From: Cetorhinus maximus
Lineage: Eukaryota
DNA: 64,000 nucleotides
Reading direction: 5' to 3'
Assembly: GCF_964194155.1 (NCBI RefSeq)
Contig: NC_135894.1
Span: 5,952,001-6,016,000, forward strand
The notes beneath the pieces are model-generated. The model saw only the letters and a list, made by a program, of their open reading frames with translations, had not been told where the DNA came from and did no database searches. The position numbers and the translations under genes were made by a program. Of this stretch, positions 63,375-64,000 are shown piece by piece (the first letter of the stretch is position 1; each line of letters starts with the position of its first letter).

Positions 63375-64000
63375 CAATTCATGAATGATAAATGAGCCTC
63401 GCTGGCAGCCCTGCATTCATGGACCATCCATAATTGCCCTTGAGAAAGTGGTGATGAGATGTCTTCTTGATCCGTTGCAATCCATGTTGCGTAGGTACAC
63501 CCACAGTGCTTTTACAGAGGGAGTGTAAGGATTTGACGCAGCGACCATGCCGGAATGGCGACAAATATGCAAATAAGAATGGTGAGAGGCTTGGAGGGTG
63601 ACTTCCAGGAAGTTGTTTTCCCATGTCTCTGCTTCCCTTGTCATTATCCTTGGTTGTTTATGTGGTTTTGGAAGGTCTTGTCTAAGTAGTCTTGCTGGAT
63701 TCTTCAAGTGCATCTTGTAAACAGTACACACTGCTGCCACTATAAGTCGATGGTGAAGGGAGTGATTGGTTGTGGATATCGTGCCAATAAAGCGGAAAAC
63801 ATTATTCTGGATTGGGGCAAACTTCTAGAGTTTTGTTGTAGCTGCACTCAAACAGGCAAGTGGAGAATATTCAGGAACACTCCTGATTGTCCCTTGTAGA
63901 TGATGGAAACGATTTGCCTAGTCTGGAGTTGAGTTCCTCAGAAGCGTTCCTTGCCTCTGACCTGCTTTTGTCACCACATCATTCATATCACAAGCCCAGT
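63375..64000 (-). mobile_element. HER1-type elasmobranch LINE 3' end
   Basis: taattgcccttgagaaagtggtg...gtaggtacacccacagtgct; ORF AAVCTVYKMHLKNPARLLRQDLPKP. Confidence 0.85.

Overview
This is vertebrate nuclear DNA, almost certainly from a cartilaginous fish, judging by HE1/HER1-type SINE/LINE sequence, a Deu-domain SINE, shark-type CR1 and Penelope elements, and a shark-type GPR139-like receptor. It is AT-rich and dominated by decayed retroelements. There are no prokaryotic features, no CRISPR array and no rRNA. Recognisable content: (1) a cluster of six degenerate tRNA genes in the first 8.4 kb; (2) a truncated GPR139/142-like GPCR pseudogene; (3) many CR1, L2, Penelope and SINE copies; (4) a ~4 kb diverged segmental duplication; (5) a spliced CD163/WC1/DMBT1-like gene on the + strand (45.2-63.3 kb: leader, micro-exon, four SRCR exons, TM exon) with two apparent disabling lesions; (6) a 37-bp minisatellite that arose inside a CR1. 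The most intriguing signal is a set of long, apparently intronless, stop-riddled coding remnants (16.4-18, 24.3-27.1, 28.7-29.3 and 40.4-50 kb) matching no TE or host family I recognise. Two occur as diverged pairs with synonymous-biased differences, near a palindromic ~74-bp repeat. They are a candidate fossil of a large DNA virus or giant mobile element; this is unproven without homology searches. All family assignments are from recalled motifs, not database searches.
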